Shown: positions 8,739 through 18,525, counted from the first letter of the stretch. The stretch: DNA of 64,000 nt from an uncultured Gemmatimonadota bacterium (GCA_951812955.1 OX638340.1:768001-832000); one strand, 5' to 3'. Made by a program: numbers and translations. Notes: generated from the sequence alone by a model not told the origin.

Positions 8739-9839
8739 ATGGGTGCAGTGGAAGAAAAAGTCTGGGGCGCTTTACGTTCCAGGCCCGTCTTTTTATACAC
8801 GTTGAACAGTGCGAGCGGCGCGGCCGCGCACGTAACGAACTACGGAGCGATACTCAAATCCATGGAGGTCCCTGATTCTGATGGGAACCTCGTGGACGTC
8901 GTGCTGGGTTTCGACACCTTCGAGGAATACCTGGGCGAACACCCCTTCTTCGGCGCCACGGTGGGCCGTTGCGCCAATCGGATCGCGGGCGGACGGTTTA
9001 CGCTGGGGGGAAAGGCATACAGCCTGGCGATCAACGACAGGGCCGGTCCCAATCACATCCACGGGGGGCCCGGTGGATTCGACAAGCAGGTCTGGGAACC
9101 GGTAGACTTCGGTCAGCGCGAAGATGGAACCTATGTGGTACTGGCCTACACGAGCGCCGATGGTGAGGAAGGGTACCCGGGTACCGTGGAGACGACCGTT
9201 ACCTATACCCTTACCCGCGACGACGAGTTGCGGATTTCGATGGAGGCGCGTACCGACCGGCCCACGGTGGTGAACCTGACCAATCATTCTTACTGGAACC
9301 TGAACGGCCACCAGTCCGGTTCTGTGCTGGACCACGAGGTAACCCTGTTCGCCGACGCCTACACGCCCGTCGACGGCCACCATATTCCCACGGGCGAAAT
9401 CAAGGAGGTCGCCGGGACGCCCTTCGACTTCACCGGACCCAGAACAATTGCCGCGGAGATGGACGCCACTGCTACGCCCGGTCCGAGGAACCCCGAAGAT
9501 CCTGTCGGATACGACCACAATTTCGTGCTGCACGATGCCGGCGGAAAGATCAGGCCGGCGGCCCGTGCGGCTTCCCGCCGATCCGGCCTCACGATGGAAG
9601 TAAGGACCGACCAGGCGGGCGTGCAGTTCTACACGGGGAACCATCTGTCCGGCGCCCTGTCGGGTAAAGGTGGCGCGCACTATGGCAGGCACCACGCCTT
9701 CTGCCTGGAAACGCAGGCCTTTCCCGACGCGATCAATCACCAGGACGCACCGGGATGGCCTTCGGTTGTGCTGAATCCAGGTGAGGCATACCGCCACGAG
9801 GTATGCTATGCATTCGCGTCCATGGAACCGGCCCCGTAA
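8739..9839 (+). CDS. galM: aldose 1-epimerase (galactose mutarotase)
   Basis: The ORF track begins at 8127, but the homologous region starts at MGAVEEKVW (ATG 8739) with GAGGAGG 8 nt upstream. The track ORF covers the typical mutarotase length and layout. Confidence 0.7.
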   Translation: MGAVEEKVWGALRSRPVFLYTLNSASGAAAHVTNYGAILKSMEVPDSDGNLVDVVLGFDTFEEYLGEHPFFGATVGRCANRIAGGRFTLGGKAYSLAINDRAGPNHIHGGPGGFDKQVWEPVDFGQREDGTYVVLAYTSADGEEGYPGTVETTVTYTLTRDDELRISMEARTDRPTVVNLTNHSYWNLNGHQSGSVLDHEVTLFADAYTPVDGHHIPTGEIKEVAGTPFDFTGPRTIAAEMDATATPGPRNPEDPVGYDHNFVLHDAGGKIRPAARAASRRSGLTMEVRTDQAGVQFYTGNHLSGALSGKGGAHYGRHHAFCLETQAFPDAINHQDAPGWPSVVLNPGEAYRHEVCYAFASMEPAP

Positions 9840-9917
9840 TTCGAATCCTTCAACTTCCTCCGGCGGCCCTTTGACGAGCCTCTGACTTACCCTGTAAGTC
9901 GACGCATCAGTTAGCGC

Positions 9918-10664
9918 TCACCGCGTGAAGACGGTCTGGCGCAGGTGATCCGCGTGGTCGGATACGAGGAATGCCAGGATCCTGCCCACGCCCTCGGGGT
10001 CGCCCAGGTATTCTTCCGCCTGCTTCAGCGCTTCTTCCACCGAATCGCCCCGGGATTCGGCCGCCTGGGCGATGTTTCTCAGCTTCATGGGCGTGGCGAT
10101 CCCCCCTGGACAGACCGCGTGTACACGTATGCCGAAGGACGCCAGTTGGCTTTCCAGGACGACCGCCTGCCCGTGCACGGCACCCTTGCTGGTCCCGTAG
10201 GCCACCGATGAACTGCCTCCCCGGACACCGGCCCCGGAGGATAATAGAACGATCACGCCCTTTTTCTGTTTCTTCATCACCGGCGCCACGTACTTGCAGG
10301 TAAGAAATGAGCCTTTCAGGTTTACGTCCATTACGCGCTGCCATACGGTCTCGTCGAGTTCGTCCACGGGAACGTAGGCGCCCTCGAGTATGCCCGCGCA
10401 GTTGATGAGCGCATCGATTCGTCCGAAGTCCTCGACCGCCCCAGCCATCAAATCTTCGACCTGCCGGGCATCCGAAACGTCCACCACCTGACAGGAGGAT
10501 TCGCCGCCGGCGGCGTGTATCTCGCCAAAGGTCTCTTTCAACCTGGTTTCATCGATATCGGCGAGGACGGTGCGCCCTCCGGCCTCCGCACAGGAGATCG
10601 CCGCGGCACGTCCGATGCCCATGGCCGCGCCGGTAATGACGACCGTCTTGTTCTCGAGCGACAT
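9918..10664 (-). CDS. SDR-family short-chain dehydrogenase/reductase
   Basis: TGAAMGIGRA is the Rossmann motif and YGTSKGAV is the catalytic YxxxK. The chosen start, MSLENKTVVITG at 10664, has GGAG upstream; the track's 10700 start adds 12 residues. Confidence 0.8.
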   Translation of the reverse strand: MSLENKTVVITGAAMGIGRAAAISCAEAGGRTVLADIDETRLKETFGEIHAAGGESSCQVVDVSDARQVEDLMAGAVEDFGRIDALINCAGILEGAYVPVDELDETVWQRVMDVNLKGSFLTCKYVAPVMKKQKKGVIVLLSSGAGVRGGSSSVAYGTSKGAVHGQAVVLESQLASFGIRVHAVCPGGIATPMKLRNIAQAAESRGDSVEEALKQAEEYLGDPEGVGRILAFLVSDHADHLRQTVFTR

Positions 10665-10826
10665 ATCTCCATCCTTCCTTGTTTGGTTTCGCGGGGACAC
10701 ACCCGCATTCCGCCCTGTGTTTCAATCCTCTCAGATATTCTAATCCCTGGCCGTTCAATTATCAAACCCCGATGAGCGACGGCGTAGTTCACACTGCTCC
10801 ATTCCCCTTGTTGCACCTCCAAATGC

Positions 10827-10900
10827 CTTGACATACGCACTACACGTCTGTAAGCTATAACATGCGCGGAGAACGCATCCGCGGTGATCCAGAAACTGAA
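10827..10900 (+). promoter_or_regulatory. Putative sigma70-like promoter (TTGACA-17-TAAGCT) followed by nested palindromes in the leader of the Mo-oxidoreductase gene
   Basis: TTGACAtacgcactacacgtctgTAAGCT is followed by ATGCG-cggagaa-CGCAT, which overlaps CGCGGA-gaacgca-TCCGCG. Confidence 0.35.
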
Positions 10901-10964
10901 TCAGTAGTCATACAACGCTTATCCTTTCGAATCCGACCCATTCCGATCCCGACAGGACCCGTTC

Positions 10965-11606
10965 ATGGACCGGCGTCATTTCCTGGAAACCCTCGCGGCC
11001 GGACTCGTAGTCGGAGGATCCATACTTCCCGCGTTTCAGTCCTTAGCCGGTCCCCTTTTCGTGCCTGTTAATAAGGACGAGGAGGGGCTTACTCCCCTGC
11101 GCAGGTTCTTCGCGGTAGCCATTGTCTCTTTCCCTCCGAAAATCGATGTCGAAAGCGAACGGCTCGAAATCGACGGCGCCGTTTCGACGCCATTGGCGGT
11201 GGGGTACGATGAATTGCACCAGTGGCCACAACGCACGCAGGAGAGTATCCTGCGATGCGTGGGCGGCGCCCAGGGCAGAGCCCGGTGGGTCGGCGTACGG
11301 CTAAGCGACCTGCTTGAAAAGGCGGGTATGGACCCGGATGCCCGGGACGTGATTTTCTACGGGGCGGACGAGTATGAGAGCAGTGTGCCCGTGGGCGAAG
11401 CGATGAAGCAGAGCAGCATGCTGGCGCTTCGTATGAACGACGAGCCGTTGTGGTCCAAGCATGGCGCGCCAGTACGCCTGGTCATGCCCGGTATGTATGG
11501 ATACAAGCAGGTCAAGTGGCTTACCCGGATCGAAGTCACACGTAAGAACCACAAGGGATACTGGGAAAAACGCGGCTATTCGGACGATGGACGGATCAAA
11601 TCCTGA
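10965..11606 (+). CDS. Tat-exported molybdopterin-binding oxidoreductase (sulfite-oxidase / MsrP-YedY-like family)
   Basis: 213 aa. MDRRHFLETLAAGLVVGG is a twin-arginine signal. The body resembles the Oxidored_molyb domain and includes a Cys-containing RCVGG segment. Confidence 0.6.
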   Translation: MDRRHFLETLAAGLVVGGSILPAFQSLAGPLFVPVNKDEEGLTPLRRFFAVAIVSFPPKIDVESERLEIDGAVSTPLAVGYDELHQWPQRTQESILRCVGGAQGRARWVGVRLSDLLEKAGMDPDARDVIFYGADEYESSVPVGEAMKQSSMLALRMNDEPLWSKHGAPVRLVMPGMYGYKQVKWLTRIEVTRKNHKGYWEKRGYSDDGRIKS

Positions 11607-11621
11607 GGAGCCAGGCTTTCA

Positions 11622-12635
11622 ATGGATGCCATGCTGGTTACCGGTGGAGCCGGGTTCATTGGCAGTAACTTCGTTCGATACGTATTGAATTGTCGTCCCG
11701 ATACGCAGGTCGTGGTTCTCGATGCCCTGACGTACGCCGGCAACCTGGCCAATCTCGAAGATTGCGGAGGTACGGAACGGCTCAGGTTCATTCACGGTGA
11801 TATTCGGGACAGGGACACGGTCGACGACGCGATGCGCGGGGTCGACACAGTTGTGAATTTTGCGGCCGAATCGCATGTCGATCGGTCCATCCTCGACCCG
11901 TCCTCCTTCATCGAACCCAACTACAACGGGGTATGCGTCCTGCTCGAAGCGGCGCGGCGCCTGGAAGTGCAGCGATTCCTCCAGGTTTCAACCGACGAGG
12001 TGTACGGGCACGTGCCCGCCGGATTCTCCGTTGAAAGCGACGCCTTAGCGCCTCGCAACCCCTATGCCGCTAGCAAGGCGGGGGCGGAGCTGCTGGCTCA
12101 ATCCTACTACACCACCTACGGACTGCCCGTGTTGATTACGCGAGGCGGGAACACCGTCGGTCCCTACCAGTACCCGGAGAAGGTCCTGCCCCTGTTCATC
12201 ACGAACGCGCTGGAGTACAAACCGTTGCCGGTATACGGCGACGGAAGCGCCGTACGCAGCTACCTTTACGTGGAAGACCACTGTTCGGCCATCGACCGGG
12301 TGCTCCGCTCCGGCGAACCCGGGAACGCCTACAACGTGGGAACGAACTACGAGGTCAGCGGACGGGACCTGGCCGGACGGGTTCTGGAAACACTCGACCG
12401 GCCGGCGGCACTCCGCGAGTTCGTCCCGGACCGAAGCGGGCACGATCTACGTTACGCGCTGGACTGCGGCCGCATTCGGGCTCTGGGATGGCGTCCGGCG
12501 CTCGACTTCGACACGCTGCTGGACAGGACGGTGCAGTGGTACGTGACACACCGGCCGTGGTGGCGGGAGATTCGTAACGAAAGCGGTTTCAGGTCGTATT
12601 ACCGAAAGCAATACGATGAACGAGGTCAATCCTGA
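11622..12635 (+). CDS. rfbB: dTDP-glucose 4,6-dehydratase
   Basis: The N-terminus MLVTGGAGFIGSNFV and the catalytic YAASKAGAELL (YxxxK) are present. The length is 337 aa. Confidence 0.85.
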   Translation: MDAMLVTGGAGFIGSNFVRYVLNCRPDTQVVVLDALTYAGNLANLEDCGGTERLRFIHGDIRDRDTVDDAMRGVDTVVNFAAESHVDRSILDPSSFIEPNYNGVCVLLEAARRLEVQRFLQVSTDEVYGHVPAGFSVESDALAPRNPYAASKAGAELLAQSYYTTYGLPVLITRGGNTVGPYQYPEKVLPLFITNALEYKPLPVYGDGSAVRSYLYVEDHCSAIDRVLRSGEPGNAYNVGTNYEVSGRDLAGRVLETLDRPAALREFVPDRSGHDLRYALDCGRIRALGWRPALDFDTLLDRTVQWYVTHRPWWREIRNESGFRSYYRKQYDERGQS

Positions 12636-12670
12636 CGGGGCGCCAATGCATTTATGGAGGTTGAGACCTG

Positions 12671-13918
12671 ATGTACCTGAGTCTGCTTGAGTCTGTCGTC
12701 CTGGCCGGCTGGACAGGACTCGTGGCCTATGGGTTCCTGTTGAGTCTCATCGGCCGGATTCGTGGCACCGGCAAGGCGCCGCTGATCTTTCCCCGGCACG
12801 TATTCGCCCTGGTGGTGCCTGCGGGGAACGACGAAGGCTCAATCGGCAGGACCGTGGAACACCTGCGCCGGAACAAGTACCCACGAAGCCTGTTCGACGT
12901 GATTGTCGCCCCGGTGAACAGCACGGACCAGACGGCAACCATTGCACGCCGAAAGGGTGCGGTGGTCTACAGCCCCGGCAAGCAGCGCTGGCGGGACGGG
13001 GAGGACGCGGTTCTTGGCGTGCTGGAACGCCTGTCCGTCAAGGACCGGTATGAAGCGTATATCATCCTGGATGTCCGGTCCAGGATTTCCGCGAACTACC
13101 TTGCCGTGATGAACGACAAACTGTCCAAGGGCGCCCTGGCCATCCAGTCCGGTTACAGTGTATCAGGCAGGAAATGGACCTGGAATACGGCGTGCAGAGC
13201 CCTGTTGAGCACCCTGAAGCCCTGCTGGCTCACGAACTGGCCCCTGAATCTTCGCCTGGGCGGGGGAATCCATCGAACCGGACTGTGCGTTTCCCGTCGG
13301 CTGGTAGAGAAACACGGCGTGAAGAAGCCGCGGCTGGACAATGCCCTGGGGTACCAGATCAAGTTGCTGCGCCACGACGTGGCCATCCAGTATTCCGACC
13401 AGGCATGGGTATACGATCGAACCCGCGATGTGAAGCCCGTTCGCTCCACATTCAGCCGCCTGAAGTCCAGGTGGCAGCGCGCCCGTGCCGATGGACCGCC
13501 CCTGATTGCGGATGGATTGAAATGGCGCAGCGTGGCGCAGTTCATCGGCGGATTCAATCTCTTCCTGCCCTCGTTCAACACGATGTTGTTCACTGCGTTG
13601 CTGTTCTTCGGGCTTGCCGTATACCTGCACGGCGTCACTTCGGCCATCGCCCTGGGTTGGATCGCGCTGATCGCGAGCCTTGTGGTCTTCGTGGTCCTCC
13701 GACTGAGGTTCATGCGTGCACCGGTCCTGGCTTATGCCGCGCTGCCGTCTTTACCCTTCATTCTGTTCTGGCAGTCCTTCAGATCCTGTTTTGCCGCCAA
13801 ACCGAAGAAACCGCAGGCCAGTGCGCAGCCCGAGACGAAAAGCGAAGGCCGTGCGCAACAGGGCCGCAGGCCGCGCAGGCGGTATTCGAGACGGCCCAGG
13901 CGCCAGCAGCCTTCCTGA
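12671..13918 (+). CDS. Membrane-anchored family-2 glycosyltransferase
   Basis: An N-terminal TM helix precedes a GT-A-like domain (VVPAGNDEG...). There are several C-terminal TM helices and a basic Arg/Pro-rich tail. Confidence 0.5.
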   Translation: MYLSLLESVVLAGWTGLVAYGFLLSLIGRIRGTGKAPLIFPRHVFALVVPAGNDEGSIGRTVEHLRRNKYPRSLFDVIVAPVNSTDQTATIARRKGAVVYSPGKQRWRDGEDAVLGVLERLSVKDRYEAYIILDVRSRISANYLAVMNDKLSKGALAIQSGYSVSGRKWTWNTACRALLSTLKPCWLTNWPLNLRLGGGIHRTGLCVSRRLVEKHGVKKPRLDNALGYQIKLLRHDVAIQYSDQAWVYDRTRDVKPVRSTFSRLKSRWQRARADGPPLIADGLKWRSVAQFIGGFNLFLPSFNTMLFTALLFFGLAVYLHGVTSAIALGWIALIASLVVFVVLRLRFMRAPVLAYAALPSLPFILFWQSFRSCFAAKPKKPQASAQPETKSEGRAQQGRRPRRRYSRRPRRQQPS

Positions 13919-13992
13919 CATGGTAAGGGCCGCGTGCCGGTCTTCCCGACCGGGTCAACCCGGGAGCATGCCCCATTCAACTGCACCACGCG

Positions 13993-14826
13993 TTGATCCT
14001 CGGATTCCTCCAGGGCGTAACGGAGTTCCTGCCGGTCAGCAGTTCCGGCCATCTCGTCGTGTACCAGCAGCTGTTCGGGCTAAGCGGGCGGGGCGGACCA
14101 GCCGGACCGGATGAAACACGTTTGCTCTTCGAAGTCATGGTACACCTGGGGACGCTGATCGCCGTCCTGGTCGTATTCCGGTCGGATATCGCCGCCCTGG
14201 TCACGGGCGCGTTACGAGCGGCAACGGGCCATGCCGGGGGAGACCGCGGGCCTCTTCGCCTTCTTCTCCTGCTCGTCGTGGGCTCGATCCCGGCGGCGGT
14301 CTTCGGCCTGGGTTGGAAAGACGAACTCGAGCATCTGTTTTCCGCCCCGTTATATGTCGGCTTTGCATTCCTGTTGACCGGAACCGTACTGTGGCTGTCC
14401 CGGTATCCTGGTCGGCCGGTGCGGGATCTGGGCAGGACAACCTGGATCGATGCGCTTCTGATCGGTTTGGGCCAGGCGTTGGCGTTGGTTCCCGGTGTCT
14501 CCCGGTCGGGAACGACCATCTCCGTCGCCCTGCTGTTGGGACTTGACCGGCAGTTGGCGGCACGTTACTCTTTTTTATTGGCGGTTCCTGCCATTCTGGG
14601 TGCGGTTGTCGTCCAGGCAGGGGATGCGGGCGGCATTCCCGCCGATCAGTGGACCGCGGTAGCGGCGGGAACCATCATGGCGGCGTTGAGCGGTTACGTC
14701 GCCCTCAAGCTGCTCCTGCGCATCGTTGTTGCTGGCAATCTGTCCAGGTTTTCGTACTATTGCTGGGGAATCGGGCTGCTGACGCTTGGCGGTGCGCTGT
14801 CCGGCCTGACGGGGCTGTCAGGCTGA
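13993..14826 (+). CDS. uppP: undecaprenyl-diphosphatase
   Basis: The BacA/UppP signatures EFLPVSSSGH and PGVSRSGTTIS are present. It is a polytopic membrane protein. Confidence 0.9.
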   Translation: MILGFLQGVTEFLPVSSSGHLVVYQQLFGLSGRGGPAGPDETRLLFEVMVHLGTLIAVLVVFRSDIAALVTGALRAATGHAGGDRGPLRLLLLLVVGSIPAAVFGLGWKDELEHLFSAPLYVGFAFLLTGTVLWLSRYPGRPVRDLGRTTWIDALLIGLGQALALVPGVSRSGTTISVALLLGLDRQLAARYSFLLAVPAILGAVVVQAGDAGGIPADQWTAVAAGTIMAALSGYVALKLLLRIVVAGNLSRFSYYCWGIGLLTLGGALSGLTGLSG

Positions 14827-14858
14827 CCAGGCTGACCAGGCTGACCAGGCTGACCGGC
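14815..14858. repeat. 9 bp microsatellite CAGGCTGAC, four perfect copies plus degenerate copies, overlapping the uppP stop codon
   Basis: ...ggcctgacggggctgtCAGGCTGACCAGGCTGACCAGGCTGACCAGGCTGACcggc. Every copy carries an in-frame TGA. Confidence 0.85.
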
Positions 14859-14923
14859 GCATTCTGATTCGGTCCGAATCCACACCCCCGGCGTCTCACA
14901 CTCTACAGACGGGAGCCAGGCAC

Positions 14924-15682
14924 ATGAATCCAGACATCAGTAAATTACTCGATGATTGGGATTACACGGGGCCCGATAAACTCATTGTGCGCAAAATAAA
15001 GGGAGAAGACGGCCGGACAAAGATCCAGATGCGAGTGGACCTTGGAATCCTGCAGATGGAATGGTCAGATCGCCCGGATGGCAAAAGGCCCCACGGGAAG
15101 ACCTCGTTGCTGGATCACTTCCTGGACCGGCTGGAGAAACAAAAAGCGGATAAGGGTCCGGACACAGAACTCAATATCTCCCATGACGACTGCGTGAACC
15201 TGCAGACCGAATCGCTGCAGTATTACTACAGGCGTATTTGCATGTTCGAACTGGAATCCTACCACGAGGCCTGCCGGGACGCCGAACACAACCTACAGAT
15301 CATGGACATCGTGCGGACCCACGCCGAAAACGAAGACGACCGCCTGTCTCTCGAGCAATACCGGCCCTTCGTCATCATGCATCGCACCCGGGCGAAAAGC
15401 CTGATCGCTACGGGTTCGGACGATGTCGAGCAGTCCCTGCGGCATATCGAAGAAGGCATAGAAGAGATAGAGGCTTTCTTTCGTTCCTACGACCGGGACG
15501 ACCTGGTCAAAGAAAGCCAGGAACTGAAAGTCCTGCGAGACATGGCCGAGGAAATCCGAAAACAACAGCCCCGTTCCGAGGAAGACCAGTTGAGGGCGGA
15601 ATTGTCGGACGCCGTCGAGAACGAGGAGTTTGAACGGGCCGCCGAAATACGGGATGAACTGAAGAAGTTCGACCTGCCCTAG
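14924..15682 (+). CDS. Hypothetical protein with a C-terminal UVR (UvrB/UvrC-type) domain
   Basis: 252 aa. The C-terminus EEFERAAEIRDELKKF matches the UVR motif. I do not recognise the N-terminal 170 aa. Confidence 0.5.
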   Translation: MNPDISKLLDDWDYTGPDKLIVRKIKGEDGRTKIQMRVDLGILQMEWSDRPDGKRPHGKTSLLDHFLDRLEKQKADKGPDTELNISHDDCVNLQTESLQYYYRRICMFELESYHEACRDAEHNLQIMDIVRTHAENEDDRLSLEQYRPFVIMHRTRAKSLIATGSDDVEQSLRHIEEGIEEIEAFFRSYDRDDLVKESQELKVLRDMAEEIRKQQPRSEEDQLRAELSDAVENEEFERAAEIRDELKKFDLP

Positions 15683-15695
15683 ACCGGAGCCCTAC

Positions 15696-16907
15696 TTGCT
15701 TTCATGGATCAGATCCGCCGACCGTCAACTCTTCCTATTCATGCTTGGCGCGGTCAGCATGGGACTCTCGATGGGGTTGGGGGAAATAAGCTTCAACAAT
15801 TTCCTCAGCGACACCTACCATATGGACGCGATGAGCCGCGGAGAACTCGAGTTTCCCCGCGAGTTGCCCGGCTTCCTCGTGGCTGCCTTCGCCGGGATCC
15901 TGTTCTTCTGGTCGGAACTGAAGATGGCGGCCCTCTCCATGGCGTTGATGGCCGTGGGATTCCTGGGGCTCGGAATCTACGGCAGTCTTTACGGGCTGAT
16001 GCTCACTTCAATGATCATCTGGAGCATCGGCATGCATCTGCAGATGCCCGTGACGCGCACGATCGCCCTGCGGCTTGCCCGCGAAGGAAGGGGCGCCACC
16101 ATGCTGGGGCGCCTGGGCGGAATCCAGACGGGCGCCGCCATCCTGGGCAGCGTACTGCTTTGGATGGGACTGGGGGGCACTTCACTAGGCTATCTGCCCG
16201 TTTTCGCCCTCGCCGCGCTGGTGGCCCTGGCTGGCGTCTACTGCTACCTGGCCATGCGCCCCATCGACGGTCACACGGGCAACCGCCCCTCCTTCATCAT
16301 CAGGAAACGGTACACCCTGTTTTACCTGCTGAACATCCTGTTCGGCGCGAGAAAGCAGATCTTCATCACCTTCGGTCCCTGGGTGCTGATCAGCATCTTC
16401 GACAAGCCGGTATCCACCATTGCCTCGCTGCACCTGATCGCATCCGTCATCGGCATGTTTTTCGCCCCACAGCTGGGCAAGCTGATCGACCGGTTCGGAG
16501 AACGTCTGGTACTGATGATCGACGCGGTGCTGCTCGTTGGTGTCTGCCTGGGATACGGTTTCGCCACGGAAATGGGACTGGGAGCGTGGGCGGTAGACCT
16601 TATCTATGCCAGCTTCGTGCTTGACCTGGTCCTGTTCAACGTGAGTATCGCGCGGACCACCTACGCCAGCAAAATCGTCGTAAAGAAGAGCGATCTCACT
16701 GCGACGCTTTCCCTCGGCGTCACCATCGACCACGCCGTTTCCATGTCCATTCCCACACTGGGCGGACTCGTCTGGGTCATCTACGGCTACCAGTACGTCT
16801 TTGTCGGAGCGGCCGTCGTTGCCGTCCTGACACTTGTGGCCACCAGTTTCATCTCCGTGACTCCCCCGGATACGAGCCGGGCCAGCCAGGCGGAGGCCGC
16901 CGGTTAA
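15696..16907 (+). CDS. MFS transporter
   Basis: 403 aa with about 12 predicted TM helices and loop motifs typical of the major facilitator superfamily. Confidence 0.65.
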   Translation: MLSWIRSADRQLFLFMLGAVSMGLSMGLGEISFNNFLSDTYHMDAMSRGELEFPRELPGFLVAAFAGILFFWSELKMAALSMALMAVGFLGLGIYGSLYGLMLTSMIIWSIGMHLQMPVTRTIALRLAREGRGATMLGRLGGIQTGAAILGSVLLWMGLGGTSLGYLPVFALAALVALAGVYCYLAMRPIDGHTGNRPSFIIRKRYTLFYLLNILFGARKQIFITFGPWVLISIFDKPVSTIASLHLIASVIGMFFAPQLGKLIDRFGERLVLMIDAVLLVGVCLGYGFATEMGLGAWAVDLIYASFVLDLVLFNVSIARTTYASKIVVKKSDLTATLSLGVTIDHAVSMSIPTLGGLVWVIYGYQYVFVGAAVVAVLTLVATSFISVTPPDTSRASQAEAAG

Positions 16908-17668
16908 CCACCCGCCATCCAGCCGCCGTCCACCACGATCAGCTGTCCCGTCAGGAAATCCGAGGCCGGCGAGGCCAGGAACACGGCCGTGCCGGCGATG
17001 TCCTCCGGTTCGCCCCAGCGTCCGATAGGCACGCGGTTCAGGATGTAGGTCCCCCGTTCGCTCTCTTCGACGGGGCGGGTCAACGGGGTCCTGATGTATC
17101 CGGGGCAGATGGAATTCACGTTGATGTTATACCGGGCCCAGTCGATCGCCAACTGGTAGGTCAGCGATCCGACGCCACCTTTTGCGGCGGTGTAGGCGGG
17201 AATGTGGGGGATACCCGTGATGGCGGCCAGCGAAGCGATTTGGATGATCTTGCCGTATTCCCGCTCGATCATGTGCCGGGCTACCCGCTGGGTCAGAAAA
17301 AACGTGCCTTTCAGGTTGGTGTCCACGACCTGGTCCCAGTCCTCCTCGCGGTAGTCCTCCGGCGGCGTGCGCACGTTCACCCCCGCGTTGTTGACCAGGA
17401 TGTCGATCTGCTTCCAGGTGTCCAGCACCGAGGCCACCAGGGCTTCCCGGTCTTCGCGTTTCGCAATGTCCGATTCCACGACCAGCGCTTCGCCGCCGAA
17501 CCCCCTGATGGTTTCCTCCGTCGCTTCGAGCCTGGACCGGGTCCGGCCCGCCAGAACGACCCGGGCGCCCGATTCGGCCATGGCCGTTGCGATCCCCTGG
17601 CCGATGCCGGTACCCGCGCCGGTAACGATGGCAATTCTGCCCTCGAGTGAAAACCTTTCGAAATTCAT
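16904..17668 (-). CDS. SDR-family oxidoreductase (gluconate 5-dehydrogenase / KduD-like)
   Basis: The homologous region begins at MNFERFSLEGRIAIVTGAGTGIG (ATG 17668, AGGAG 6 nt upstream). Catalytic YTAAKGGV is present. The track ORF, reaching 17947, reads through the upstream tandem repeat. Confidence 0.8.
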   Translation of the reverse strand: MNFERFSLEGRIAIVTGAGTGIGQGIATAMAESGARVVLAGRTRSRLEATEETIRGFGGEALVVESDIAKREDREALVASVLDTWKQIDILVNNAGVNVRTPPEDYREEDWDQVVDTNLKGTFFLTQRVARHMIEREYGKIIQIASLAAITGIPHIPAYTAAKGGVGSLTYQLAIDWARYNINVNSICPGYIRTPLTRPVEESERGTYILNRVPIGRWGEPEDIAGTAVFLASPASDFLTGQLIVVDGGWMAGG

Positions 17669-17752
17669 TTGCGCTCCTGTGGTCTGACGTTTAGCGTTGA
17701 CGATGTCTACCCGGAACCGGTATCTGTTTCGTGACAACCAGCCCGATGGAGT

Positions 17753-17824
17753 GCCGGGCCGAAGGTGCGCCGGGCCGAAGGTGCGCCGGGCCGAAGGTGC
17801 GCCGGGCCGAAGGTGCGCCGGGCC
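17753..17824. repeat. 16 bp tandem repeat GCCGGGCCGAAGGTGC, about 4.5 copies, in a divergent intergenic region
   Basis: The copies are perfect. They lie between the SDR gene (minus, start 17668) and the DUF4416-like gene (plus). Confidence 0.9.
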
Positions 17825-17916
17825 TGCGTAATACCGGACCACCGGGCGTGTAAATATAAAGCGCGGCACATTTCGTGGCAATGGGACATCAAACGGCACA
17901 AAGAGGCGATTCCGCC

Positions 17917-18468
17917 ATGGGTACTCCCGGACACCCCGAACCTGCAAAGCTGTTATGCGCGGTCATGGGACAGTGTGAATCGATGCTGGCCCAGGGACGT
18001 GGTCTCCTGGCCGAACGGTACGGCCCGGTGGAACTGGAGGGTCCGGTATTCGACTTTTCCTTCTCTTCCTACTATGAACGGGAGATGGGGGCCGGTCTGT
18101 CGAAACAGTTCCTCGGATTCGAGCCGTTGGTGGAGCCCGGGAACCTGGCTGAAATAAAGCGAACCTGCAACGATCTCGAAACCGGCGTACCCCGGTCCGA
18201 CGGCAAGCCCGGACGGGGGTTGAATATAGACCCTGGATACATCAACGGCGCCCAACTCGTCCTTGCGACTACCAAGAACTACAGTCATCGCATCTATATT
18301 GGGAAAGGGATACATGCCGAGGTGACCCTGCTGTATCACCGGGGCGCTTTTGCCCCGTTGCCCTGGACCTACCGTGACTACCGGACAGAGGAAGCGCTCG
18401 CCTTTTTTACGCGGGTGCGGGAGGTCTTTCTCGGCCAGCGTAATAGATCGCAAAACCGCGCCGAGTGA
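17917..18468 (+). CDS. Hypothetical protein; I tentatively recall the conserved GRGLNIDPGYI motif as DUF4416-like
   Basis: The ORF track begins at 17875; MGTPGHPEPAKLL at 17917 is an equally plausible start. No catalytic motif is recognised. The family name is from memory only. Confidence 0.4.
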   Translation: MGTPGHPEPAKLLCAVMGQCESMLAQGRGLLAERYGPVELEGPVFDFSFSSYYEREMGAGLSKQFLGFEPLVEPGNLAEIKRTCNDLETGVPRSDGKPGRGLNIDPGYINGAQLVLATTKNYSHRIYIGKGIHAEVTLLYHRGAFAPLPWTYRDYRTEEALAFFTRVREVFLGQRNRSQNRAE

Positions 18469-18495
18469 AAATCACATCTGTCTGTACGTTTTGTC

Positions 18496-18525
18496 TTGAC
18501 CTGTTTTGAGAGACCTGCTTATAAT
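18496..18525 (+). promoter_or_regulatory. Near-consensus sigma70 promoter, TTGACC-17/18-TATAAT
   Basis: cTTGACCtgttttgagagacctgctTATAATacc lies about 150 nt upstream of the DUF151 gene. The leader contains nested hairpins: GACTGA-cccctt-TCAGTC at 18573-18590, enclosed by GATGACG (18550-18556) and CGTCATC (18601-18607). Confidence 0.6.

Noticed and set aside
14815-14858. Tandem repeats at 14815-14858 and 17753-17824 considered as CRISPR arrays
   Set aside because: The units are contiguous with no spacers, are only 9 bp and 16 bp long, and there are no cas genes.
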